Shown one piece after another: positions 45,509 through 54,174 of a stretch of 64,000 bases of DNA (positions are counted from its first letter, which is position 1; each line of letters begins with the position of its first letter). The stretch is from contig CAZHEH010000007.1 of NCBI GenBank assembly GCA_964531695.1, positions 34,121 through 98,120 on the forward strand, read 5' to 3'. The position numbers and the translations under genes are program-made. Origin of the DNA: an uncultured Planctomycetaceae bacterium (GTDB lineage Bacteria; Planctomycetota; Phycisphaerae; SM23-33). Below the pieces are notes generated by a model. That model was not told the DNA's origin. It did not search any database and was given only the letters and a program-made list of their open reading frames with translations.

Positions 45509-47092
45509 CTACGCCAACTCGCCGATCCGCTCGCGGCGAATGGCCTCGGCCGCCGCTTCGTCGATGATCCGCAGGCGGGCCGGTCCTCCCTCGGCCGGGC
45601 AGACCACCACGGCCGCCAGGGTCCGCGAGAGGGGCCACGGCTCCAAGCCCATCGCCAGCAGTTCGCCGACGGCCTCGGCGGCGTCCGCCGCCCGCACCAC
45701 CGCCACCACCGAAGCGCCTTCGCGAGCCGCCTCGAACGCCTCCAGCGCCGTACCGGGGTCGCGCAGGTCCTCGACGCAGACCAGATCCGCGTCCTGCCCC
45801 ATGGCCGCGGACATCGCCTCGGCATATGCCAGCCCGTTCCGCCCGCCGGTCGGGACGTCGTCGGCCTCCTCGCCGGCCACCCCCGCCTGGCGCCCGAGCA
45901 CCAGCACGCTGCACCCCGCGGCCGCCGCTTCGCCCGCCAGCGAGCACAGCAGGGCCCGGCGCCCGCTGCGCGCCGGCCCGGCCAGAACGACCCAAACGCC
46001 GCCGCCGGTCAGCAGCTCCATGAGCCGCGCGCGGTCCACCGCGCTCAGAGCGGCTCGTGCGCCGGCCCCGTCCATCGGGCGGAGGCGCAGAACCAGGCGC
46101 GGGCCCCGAGCCGTCGGGCATGTCGCCACGGCCGCGTAATAGGACGTATCCCCGTGACGTACTTCCATCATTCCCTCGGCCGGTCGCTCCAGCGCCTCGG
46201 CGTCCAGGCCGGCGCGCCCCGCCAGCCGTTCCAGAATCGCCCGGTCCAGCCCCGCGGGCAGACGGGCGGCGAAGCCCGGCTTCTCCCGCAGCACGCCATC
46301 CACGCGAAGGCGGAGCGACAGCCCCTCTTCGCGCGGCTCGAAGTGTACGGCCGTGGCGTGCTTGGCCAGGGCATCCGCCAGCACCGCCTCGATGACCTGG
46401 TCGGCCCGAGCCGGGCAGGCGTCGTCGGCCTCCGGCTCGTCGGCCTCGTGGGGCCCGGCCTCGTTGAGTTCGGCCTCTTGGGGATGGGCCTCCGGGGTAG
46501 TCCTGGGCTCCGGCTCGGGCACCGGCCGAAGCTCGACCTCCAGCTCGTCAAACGCCGGCTCCGCTTCCGGCATTGGGCTCGGCCGCGGCTCGTCTGCCCC
46601 GGACGGCTCCGGGCCGGCCTCGTGTGCGGCCGGCGTTTCGGGCTCGGGCTCCGCCTCGGGCTGCGGCTCGGGCTCGTAGCGGCCCTCATCCGGCTGCGGA
46701 TCGATCGGCTCGGGCTCGACCGGCTCGCGCCCATCCGGCCGGGCCGGCTCGGAATCCGCCACGTCCGGCTCCCACGACTCCGCCTCGCTCGGCGGCTCGC
46801 CCGCCGGCCGACTGGCGATCCGCCGGGCCAGCAGCTTCCGCGCCCGGCGGGCCGATGCCTCTTCGTCCTCCGGCTCGGACGCGGGCTCGACCCTCGCCCC
46901 GGCCATAAGCTCCGCCAGGTCCACGCCGCGGTCTCGGAGGAACCCCACGAGCGATTGCTCGGAGATTCGGATGGCCCCGTCCGGCATGCGACGCACCGGC
47001 AGCCAGCCCTTCTGGATCCACTCGACCACCGTGCCGGGCGTCTGCCCGAGCAACTCGGCGATTTGGTAAGTCGTGAAGGTACGCTGGGACAT
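45509..47092 (-). CDS. Fusion protein: N-terminal MerR/excisionase-type HTH, Pro/Glu-rich linker, then a C-terminal GspE/PilB N-domain-like region with a degenerate Walker A (pseudo-ATPase)
   Basis: MSQRTFTTYQIAELLGQTPGTVVEWIQKGWLPVRRMPDGAIRIS (HTH). About 200 aa of PE-rich low complexity. Then VIEAVLADALAKHATAVHFEPREEGLSLRLRVDGVL (T2SSE_N-like) and GVWVVLAGPARSGRRALLCSLA, which is GxxxxGRR rather than GKT. Confidence 0.5.
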   Translation of the reverse strand: MSQRTFTTYQIAELLGQTPGTVVEWIQKGWLPVRRMPDGAIRISEQSLVGFLRDRGVDLAELMAGARVEPASEPEDEEASARRARKLLARRIASRPAGEPPSEAESWEPDVADSEPARPDGREPVEPEPIDPQPDEGRYEPEPQPEAEPEPETPAAHEAGPEPSGADEPRPSPMPEAEPAFDELEVELRPVPEPEPRTTPEAHPQEAELNEAGPHEADEPEADDACPARADQVIEAVLADALAKHATAVHFEPREEGLSLRLRVDGVLREKPGFAARLPAGLDRAILERLAGRAGLDAEALERPAEGMMEVRHGDTSYYAAVATCPTARGPRLVLRLRPMDGAGARAALSAVDRARLMELLTGGGVWVVLAGPARSGRRALLCSLAGEAAAAGCSVLVLGRQAGVAGEEADDVPTGGRNGLAYAEAMSAAMGQDADLVCVEDLRDPGTALEAFEAAREGASVVAVVRAADAAEAVGELLAMGLEPWPLSRTLAAVVVCPAEGGPARLRIIDEAAAEAIRRERIGELA

Positions 47093-47256
47093 CGAGGGCC
47101 TCCGGTCTCCCGTCGGGGGCATTGTCCCACCCCCCCGCCGATCCGTCAACCGGGCCCACGGCCGGGCTTGTAAGGGGGCGAGGCAGCGGCTATGCTCGAT
47201 GTTTCGGCGCGGCGGGACAAGTCGTGCCGTCAACCCGAACGAGAAGGAACCTACCC

Positions 47257-48357
47257 ATGCGGATTGCGGTAATCGGCGGAGACGGGACCGGACCGGAAGT
47301 GGTGGCCGAGGGGCTGAAGGTGCTCCGGGCGGTCGCGGCGAAGGTCGGCTTCGAATACGAGACGAAGGACTTCAACGTCAGCGGCGATCGATACCTCGCC
47401 GCGGGCGGCGACCCGAACGTCGCCTCGATGCCTATCGTCAGCGAAGAGGAGATCGACGAGCTTCGCGGCTACGACGCGATCTACCTCGGCGCGGTCGGCC
47501 ACCCGGACATCGCCCCCGGCATCCTGGAGAAGGGCCTGCTGCTGCGGCTGCGCTTCGCGCTGGACCAGTACATCAACCTTCGCCCGGTGAAGCTCTACCC
47601 CGGCGTCGAGACCCCGCTGGCGGGCAAGGGCCCGGAGGACATCGACTTCGTCGTCGTCCGCGAGAACACCGAGGGGCTCTACACGGGCATGGGCGGCAAC
47701 CAGTACCAAGGCACCGCCAACGAGGTCGCCACGCAGGTGATGTGCAACACGCGCCACGGCGTGGAGCGGGCGATTCGCTACGCCTTCGAGCTGTGCAAGC
47801 GGCGGAACGACAAGGGGCGGCTGACGCTCGTCGGCAAGACGAACGTACTGACCTTCGCCCATGGGCTGTGGTACCGCGCCTTCTGCGAGATCGGCGAGGA
47901 ATACCCCGACATCGAGAAGGACTACAACCACGTCGACGCCTGCTGCATGTGGTTCGTCAAGAACCCCGAGTACTACGACACGATCGTCGTGTGTAACATG
48001 TTCGGGGACATCATCACGGACCTCGGCGCGATGATTCAGGGCGGAATGGGCGTGGCCGCGGGCGGGAACATCAACCCCTCCGGCGTGTCGATGTTCGAGC
48101 CCATCGGCGGCTCGGCGCCCAAGTACACCGGGCAGAACGTCATCAACCCGGTCGCGGCGATCGCCTCGCTGGCCATGCTGCTGCGCGAGACGGGGCAGAA
48201 CACGGGCGAAGCCAAACTCATCGACGCCGGCGACCGCGTCGAGGCCGCCATCATGGCCGTCACCCCCAAGATGGACAGCCAGTCCGCCAAGGGGATGGGC
48301 TACTCGACCACCGAGGTCGGCGACCTGGTCGCCCAGGCCGTGACGGACGCGGAATAG
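47257..48357 (+). CDS. Isocitrate / isopropylmalate dehydrogenase family enzyme (LeuB-like, 366 aa)
   Basis: MRIAVIGGDGTGPEV…NLRPV…GSAPKY motifs of the beta-decarboxylating dehydrogenase family. Confidence 0.75.
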   Translation: MRIAVIGGDGTGPEVVAEGLKVLRAVAAKVGFEYETKDFNVSGDRYLAAGGDPNVASMPIVSEEEIDELRGYDAIYLGAVGHPDIAPGILEKGLLLRLRFALDQYINLRPVKLYPGVETPLAGKGPEDIDFVVVRENTEGLYTGMGGNQYQGTANEVATQVMCNTRHGVERAIRYAFELCKRRNDKGRLTLVGKTNVLTFAHGLWYRAFCEIGEEYPDIEKDYNHVDACCMWFVKNPEYYDTIVVCNMFGDIITDLGAMIQGGMGVAAGGNINPSGVSMFEPIGGSAPKYTGQNVINPVAAIASLAMLLRETGQNTGEAKLIDAGDRVEAAIMAVTPKMDSQSAKGMGYSTTEVGDLVAQAVTDAE

Positions 48358-48449
48358 GCAACGGCGAGGGGAGGCGTCCCGGCGCCGGCAACTCGACCGG
48401 GCGCATCCCGACTCCCACGGATGGGTAAGCCACCCGCGCCCCGCACGGA

Positions 48450-48791
48450 TCAGCTTGCCGCCGCGTAGGCCGCCAGGCCCGGCCGGCTGCGGCGGAGGCG
48501 CTCGAGCCGCTCCGCCAGCTCGCTCTGGTGTTGAGCCAGGGCCAGGCCCAACTCGCGCTGGAGCTTGCCGATGCGCTCCGCCTGCGCCTCGCAGCCGGAC
48601 GGCGGGCCGTCGAGCTGCCGCAGGTGCTGCGTGCACTGTCGCACGGCCGCATCGAGCGCAGAGAGCGCCTCGTACCGGCCCTTGCGGGCGAGGGCGAGCT
48701 GCTTGGTCAGCACAGTCTCGACCTGTTCAAGCACTCGGGCCGGATCGGCAGGCGGTTCCGGCACGGCATGTTTGTCTTGGGGTTGGGTCAT
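48450..48791 (-). CDS. Small helical hypothetical protein (113 aa), last gene of the glycosyltransferase/TPR operon; possible FlgN-like chaperone
   Basis: MTQPQDKHAV…LTKQLALARKGRYEALSALDAAVRQCTQHLRQL. ATGA-coupled to the upstream TPR gene. Confidence 0.35.
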   Translation of the reverse strand: MTQPQDKHAVPEPPADPARVLEQVETVLTKQLALARKGRYEALSALDAAVRQCTQHLRQLDGPPSGCEAQAERIGKLQRELGLALAQHQSELAERLERLRRSRPGLAAYAAAS

Positions 48792-49439
48792 CGGTTGGCG
48801 GCTCCGGCGGTCTGGCATGCGGCGAGGCGGCGCTCGACGTCGGCGAGCAACTCGGTCGCCTCCTTCTTGTCCGGCTCGAGCGCGAGCACGCGGCGCAGGA
48901 CCTCGGCGGCGTCCTCGAACCGTTCTTCCTTCACGTAGAGCGAGCTGAGGCAGAACAGCACGCTCGTGTCGCCCGGGTGCTTGTCCAGGTACAGCTCCAG
49001 GAACTGGATCACCTTGCCGAAGGTGCCCATCTGGCACGAGGTCTGGAAGAGCCCCAGCAGCGCCGAGAGATTGTCGACGTCCAATTCGAGGCACGTCAGG
49101 TACATCTCGAAGGCCTTGGCGTACTCGGCCTTCTGCTGGTAGACCATCGCCAGCCCGCCGTAGGCCTCGGCGCAATTCGGGTCGAGCCGCTTGGCCGTGC
49201 TGAAGGCCGCCAGCGCGTCGTCGGACCGGCCGTCCTGGATCGCCAGCACCCCGAGCCCGACGTGCGGCTGGGCCTTATTCGGCGCCAAGTCGAGGGCGCC
49301 GAGGTAACACTCCCGGGCCCGGCCGCCGTCGCCGAGGCCGGCGTAGCAGTCGCCCATTTCCTTCATCACCTCGTAGTGCTGGTCGAGGACGTTGTCCGGC
49401 TGTCCGGACTGGCGCTTGTTCGAAGTCTCGGGTTTCACT
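48788..49439 (-). CDS. TPR-repeat protein
   Basis: Tandem TPR helices (AYGGLAMVYQQKAEYAKAFEMYLTCLELD…). Probable GTG start with a GGAAGG RBS. Confidence 0.5.
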
Positions 49440-51000
49440 GGGGAACCTTCCAATCCAGAATCTTCTTGGCCTGTTGCAAACGCTGGAGCGCCTCGCCCAG
49501 GCGGTCGGACCGCCGGTGCAGCTTGGCCTCCAGCAGCAGCGTGGCTGGGGTGGGTCGTTCCTGGTTGACGGTGCGGCAGAGCTTCATGGCCTCGTCGTCG
49601 GCCGGTCCGCCGGCGTTGTACAGCGCCTGAATCGTCTGTCGCTGCATCCACGTGTCGTTCCGGAAGCGGCGGCGGCATTCCTGATACACATCGGCCGCCC
49701 GTAGCCAGTCGCCGTCGCCTTCGGCCCGGATCGCCTCCCGCATGACGTCGTCGAAACGGAACGGCAACTCCTCGTATTCCGGGTTCCGCACGGTGACGCC
49801 CGAGGCCTGTACGCTCCGCCGGACACTCAAGCCGGGCCATCGCCGGCGGGCCCGGATGAGCGTCTCGCGGTCGATCACGGCCGCCCAGCGATCCGGGCGG
49901 CAGCCGGGGATGCGGAACGCCTGATTCGCGTCGCCGCAGTTGATCAGGGCATGCAGCGGCCGCTCGATGAACATGTCGCCCACCGGCATTCCGCCCGGAA
50001 GGACCGCGACGTAGTCCCCCTCGCAGCGGGCCAGGGCGGCATCGACCCGCGCCTCGTGCGGCATGTCGGTCGGCACGGGCACCAACACGACGTTCGGCAT
50101 GCCGGAGGAGATCGACGCCTGCTCGTAGTCCGGAAGGGCCAGATACACCTGGTACGGCATGAAGCCGTAACGCCAGATGCCCTTGAGCTGGTTGATGACC
50201 GTCGCGTCCAGATGCGGCGGTGCGTGCAGGATGGAAAGGTCCGGCACCTTCGCCCACGGCTTGGGCGGGCGGGCCGTCTTGATGCGCAGCGTGTTGTGCA
50301 GGTACTTGTTCTGGTCCTCCCGCTCGCGCGTCGAGATGCGGTCCTTCTTGTTGACCGTCACGCAGAACTCACCCGTCACGGCCGGGACGTGCAGGAAGTC
50401 GCTGTAGAACGCGATTCTCCGGTTCAGGTCCCACTCGATCATCACCCGGACCTTCTCGTTGTACGGGCCCGTCCGGTCTAGGATCTCCCGCGTGTGCATC
50501 AAGCTCACGTGCAGGACCTGGTTGATGTAGAACTCGAAGTAACGGTCATAGTCACGGCTGATCGACACGTGCTTGCTGAGTACCCGCCTGGAGCCGTCGG
50601 GCTCGACGCGCACGTTCATCTGGTACAGGTCGCTGTAGGCCAGGTGGTACTCGGGGTTGCGCTCCAGGGCGTCCACAAGCGTCCGGACGTGGTTCGGGTA
50701 GTGGATGTTGTCGTCGAGATAGCAGATGTACTTGCCCGAAGACAGCCCGATCGCCTCGTTCAGCGAGGCGGCCTTGCCCTTGGTCTCCGCCCGCTGGTGG
50801 AGCTTGACGCGCGGATCGCCCGCCGCCTCGACGATGTCGGCCACGTTCTCCCCGCCGTCGTTGACGAGGATCACCTCCAGGTTCGGGTAGTCCTGCGTCA
50901 GCGCGCTGCGCAGGGCGTCCGGCAGGTACTGCCGCCGGTTGTACGTGCAGATGATTACGCTTACCCGCGGCGTCTGCCGGCTGTCGGCGAGGTTAATCAT
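49435..51000 (-). CDS. Family 2 glycosyltransferase with extended C-terminal domain
   Basis: From MINLADSR: VSVIICTYNRRQYLPDALRSALTQDY…ILVNDGG…YLDDN is a GT-A fold with a DxD motif. Confidence 0.7.
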   Translation of the reverse strand: MINLADSRQTPRVSVIICTYNRRQYLPDALRSALTQDYPNLEVILVNDGGENVADIVEAAGDPRVKLHQRAETKGKAASLNEAIGLSSGKYICYLDDNIHYPNHVRTLVDALERNPEYHLAYSDLYQMNVRVEPDGSRRVLSKHVSISRDYDRYFEFYINQVLHVSLMHTREILDRTGPYNEKVRVMIEWDLNRRIAFYSDFLHVPAVTGEFCVTVNKKDRISTREREDQNKYLHNTLRIKTARPPKPWAKVPDLSILHAPPHLDATVINQLKGIWRYGFMPYQVYLALPDYEQASISSGMPNVVLVPVPTDMPHEARVDAALARCEGDYVAVLPGGMPVGDMFIERPLHALINCGDANQAFRIPGCRPDRWAAVIDRETLIRARRRWPGLSVRRSVQASGVTVRNPEYEELPFRFDDVMREAIRAEGDGDWLRAADVYQECRRRFRNDTWMQRQTIQALYNAGGPADDEAMKLCRTVNQERPTPATLLLEAKLHRRSDRLGEALQRLQQAKKILDWKVPQ

Positions 51001-52540
51001 CGGCGCCCCCTTCCCGTCCGGCCGAAGACCCGACCGGCTCGACGCTGCCGGTCCAGGTCCCGTTCTCCTCACCGCGGACCGGATCGGCCTCCAACTCCAT
51101 CAGAAGCTCGTTGATGCGGTCGTGGGTCCGCCGAAGGGAGAACCGCGTCTCGACGAACCGGCGGTACGCCGACGGGTCGAATGTCCCGTCCGTCACGATC
51201 GCCCGGAACTCCTCCGGCGTGCGGAACAGGTGTTCGTCCGGCAGCAGCCCCCGGCTTCCGGGGAAGGCATGCACCACCGGCTTGAGTCCGCGGGCCATGC
51301 CCTCCAGCACGTGCAGCGGAATGCCGTCGAACAGCGCCGTCGAGACGATGTACTGCTTGTCCGCCAGGTAGGCGTCGAGGTCGGCCTGATGTCCATCGAA
51401 GGTGACCCGCCCGGACAGGCCCAGCTCGTCCGCCATCGTCCGCAGGTAGGTCTCCAGGGCGTCGCCGCGGATCGATCCCGCCACGTGAAGCGAGTACTCC
51501 GCGTCGGCATCGCACAGGACCTTCATGCATTGAAGCAGCAGTGCGGGCCCGGACAGGAAGTCCGGGTCGCCGATGCAGGCCAGACGTTTGCCCGGCTTGC
51601 GCTCGACGAACCTCGCCCCGGCCAGCTCGACCCCGCGGGGACAGTCGATCAGCCGCGTCTTTTCCCCGATACGCGGCACACGTTCCAGGAGTCCGGCACG
51701 CCCGGCCTCGTTCATATTGAGCACGACCGCGTCCACGCGACTCCAGTCCGTGTCGCACAGCATCGGCCCGAACAGGTCGTGCTGGTGCAGCCGGAGAACC
51801 GTTCGCTTGCGCTTGCCCAGGCAACTCACCCGTGCCGCCTGCTCCGTACACGACTCGAACCACGCGATGTCGCACCAGGCGTACCGGTCCAGGACTTCCT
51901 CGTCCTTCGTGCCGTGGAAGACCCGCACCTCGTGCCGCGGCTCCAGAAAACGCCGCAGGGCATCGGCGTACACCGCCAGCGCCGGCGGGTAGAACAGCGC
52001 CACCTTCGCCCGGGTCCGGCGGATGTTCTTGAGGATCGGCTCGAGGATCTTCTGCTGGTCCGGCGCCATCTCCATCGAACGGAGCAGCGCTTCCATTCCG
52101 CGTCCGGCCTTGCCCGCCTCGATGAATGCCGTGGCCGTGCGGTTCACGAGGTCCGGGTTGAGCAATTCCTCGGCGGCGAGTCGGTCAAACAGGGACAGCG
52201 CCTCGTCCGGTCGCCCGGCGGCAAGATGCACCTCCACCAGGTTCCACAGGGTCTCGGGGGCCCCGTCGGGCAAGTGCTCCAGCGCCTGGCGCAGGTGCTC
52301 GGCCGCCTCGTCGAACCGTCCGAGGGTGTACAGCAGCGCGCCGGCGTCGTTGAGGGCCTGCCCGTCCCTGGGCTGCTGACAAAGGTGCTCGCGGAGGCAC
52401 TCCAAGGCCTCCTCGTGCTTGCCGGCCTCGGCGAGTTCGAGGCCTCGCTGATAGGCGGATTGCGGCTGCGATGGATCGGTCACGATGCCATCCTTCCTGT
52501 CGAGTTCCGCTCGTGCGGCCGGGGCGCGGGGACGCACCAC
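50993..52540 (-). CDS. TPR-domain plus GT1/GT4-type glycosyltransferase fusion (flagellar-locus glycosyltransferase)
   Basis: N-terminal TPRs (AYQRGLELAEAGKHEEALECL…), then a GT-B C-terminal domain (…DGIPLHVLEGMARGLKPV…). The start is uncertain; a GTG at about 52483 with an AAGGA RBS is possible. Confidence 0.6.
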   Translation of the reverse strand: MVRPRAPAARAELDRKDGIVTDPSQPQSAYQRGLELAEAGKHEEALECLREHLCQQPRDGQALNDAGALLYTLGRFDEAAEHLRQALEHLPDGAPETLWNLVEVHLAAGRPDEALSLFDRLAAEELLNPDLVNRTATAFIEAGKAGRGMEALLRSMEMAPDQQKILEPILKNIRRTRAKVALFYPPALAVYADALRRFLEPRHEVRVFHGTKDEEVLDRYAWCDIAWFESCTEQAARVSCLGKRKRTVLRLHQHDLFGPMLCDTDWSRVDAVVLNMNEAGRAGLLERVPRIGEKTRLIDCPRGVELAGARFVERKPGKRLACIGDPDFLSGPALLLQCMKVLCDADAEYSLHVAGSIRGDALETYLRTMADELGLSGRVTFDGHQADLDAYLADKQYIVSTALFDGIPLHVLEGMARGLKPVVHAFPGSRGLLPDEHLFRTPEEFRAIVTDGTFDPSAYRRFVETRFSLRRTHDRINELLMELEADPVRGEENGTWTGSVEPVGSSAGREGGADD

Positions 52541-52556
52541 GGCCTTGTCGTGGTGA

Positions 52557-52573
52557 TTGCAAATCCTGTGCCG
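52557..52573 (-). promoter_or_regulatory. Sigma-54 promoter-like element GGCAC-N5-TTGCA upstream of the TPR-glycosyltransferase operon
   Basis: Reverse complement of 52557-52573 reads CGGCACAGGATTTGCAA (GG-N10-GC spacing is exact). Confidence 0.45.
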
Positions 52574-52730
52574 CTCGGCCGGATGACGTATTCCGCCGCG
52601 TTCGGCCCGCCCAAAGGCCGCACGGGCCGGGGCGGGGCCCCAAATTCCGACGTCGGCCGGAATTCCGGCCGCCGGCCGTCAAGATATCGTGCGCGTCTGC
52701 GCCAAAATGCTGTCCGGCCGGAATCGTCTT

Positions 52731-54152
52731 TCAGATGAAATCCAGCAGGGACAGCGACAGCAGTTTGGACGCGCTGGCGAGGGTCATCTGGTACAGCGTC
52801 TGGGTCCGGGCGAGATCGACCGCCACCTGCGCGATGTCCGCGTCGGACAGCCGGCTCCGTTCCATCTTCGATTCGCTCTGGAGGCCCTCCAGCGAGTTCT
52901 GGAGCTTGTCCATCGCCGACAGCCGGGCGCCGATGGTGGTCATGCTCTCGGTAACGGCGGCCGTAACCTCGTCCAGCGATTCCAGGGACCGCTCCATGAA
53001 GTCCTGCCGCGTGTCGCGGTCCATCTCGACGTCGTTGGCCAGCGCGTCGCGGATCTGGATCAGCGAGTCGAAGACGTCGTAGGTTCCCGGCACGCGGACG
53101 GGCTCGACGCCCTCGCGGCGGATCCCGGTCGTGTCCAGGTTCAGCACGCGGCCCGACTCCCCGTCCGTGACGGCGAGCTCGGCGGCGAAGTCGTCCACCG
53201 GGGTCGTGGTCGCCCCGCCGTCGACCGAGGCCGTGCCGGTTCCCGTAATCGTGACGGACTCGTCCAAGCCGGACCAGCCGGAGACGTCCACGTGGACGAC
53301 GTCGCCGTCCGCGTTGGTCACCTCGACATTCGTCTGGCCGGGGGTGAACGTGACGGCCGGGCCGCCGTCCAACTGGATCTGCCGGCCCGAGGCGGTGACG
53401 GTGAGCGTATGCTCGCCGAGGATCGTGTCCTCATCCGCGGAGTCGTCGCCCGCGGCCAGGCCGTGCGCGCCGGCGGCGTAGTCGGTGGCGGTGTGCGTCA
53501 GTGCCAGCCACACGTCGCCCTGTACGGAATGCGTCGCATCGCCGCCGGCCGCCCCGGTCTTGCCGAGGAAGGTCGGGTCCTGACGGTTGTCGGAGCGGAA
53601 GATCTCCTCGCCGACGAAGATCCCCGCCTGCTCGACGCCCTGACCGACGGGCACGGGCATCTCCAGATGGCTGCCTTGGTACGACACGCTTACGATCTTT
53701 CCGTCCGCGTATTCGGCGACGTACGGCTTCACGCCGGGGCTGGCCCCGCTGAAGACGTATCGGCCCATGCTCTTGTGGTTCGCCAGCGCAACCGTCTGCT
53801 TGAGCAGAGCGCTGATCTCCTCGGAGATCGCGCGCTTGTTGCTATCGTTGAGCGTGCCGTTGACGGCCTGGGTGAGCAGCTCCTGTACGCGGGCCAGCCC
53901 GGAGCTGACCTGCTCCAGGGAGTTCGACGCCTCGCCCATGCTCTGGACCACGGAGTGAAGGTTCTCGACGTAGCTGGCCAGCGTCGCCGATTCCGTGCCG
54001 AGGTACAGAATGCGATTGGCGTCGCTCGGATCGTCCGAGACGCGCGTGACGCGTGAGCCGGTCGACGCCTGGCGCTGAAGCTCGGCCATGCGCGCCGAGT
54101 GCGTCCGCATCGAGAACGTCGTCGAGTTGTAGATGGAACCCCATCCGCTCAC
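52731..54152 (-). CDS. flgL: Flagellar hook-associated protein 3 (hook-filament junction) FlgL
   Basis: Flagellin-family N-terminus (…RMAELQRQASTGSRVTRVSDDPSDA) and C-terminus (…DADIAQVAVDLARTQTLYQMTLASASKLLSLSLLDFI). Confidence 0.8.
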   Translation of the reverse strand: MSGWGSIYNSTTFSMRTHSARMAELQRQASTGSRVTRVSDDPSDANRILYLGTESATLASYVENLHSVVQSMGEASNSLEQVSSGLARVQELLTQAVNGTLNDSNKRAISEEISALLKQTVALANHKSMGRYVFSGASPGVKPYVAEYADGKIVSVSYQGSHLEMPVPVGQGVEQAGIFVGEEIFRSDNRQDPTFLGKTGAAGGDATHSVQGDVWLALTHTATDYAAGAHGLAAGDDSADEDTILGEHTLTVTASGRQIQLDGGPAVTFTPGQTNVEVTNADGDVVHVDVSGWSGLDESVTITGTGTASVDGGATTTPVDDFAAELAVTDGESGRVLNLDTTGIRREGVEPVRVPGTYDVFDSLIQIRDALANDVEMDRDTRQDFMERSLESLDEVTAAVTESMTTIGARLSAMDKLQNSLEGLQSESKMERSRLSDADIAQVAVDLARTQTLYQMTLASASKLLSLSLLDFI

Positions 54153-54174
54153 CGGACGGCTCCTTCCTGCCGCG

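Noticed and set aside
45381-47130. Alternative-frame minus ORFs 45381..46121 and 46168..47130
   Set aside because: Frame artefacts within the PE-rich linker of the HTH-GspE_N fusion gene. They are low complexity.
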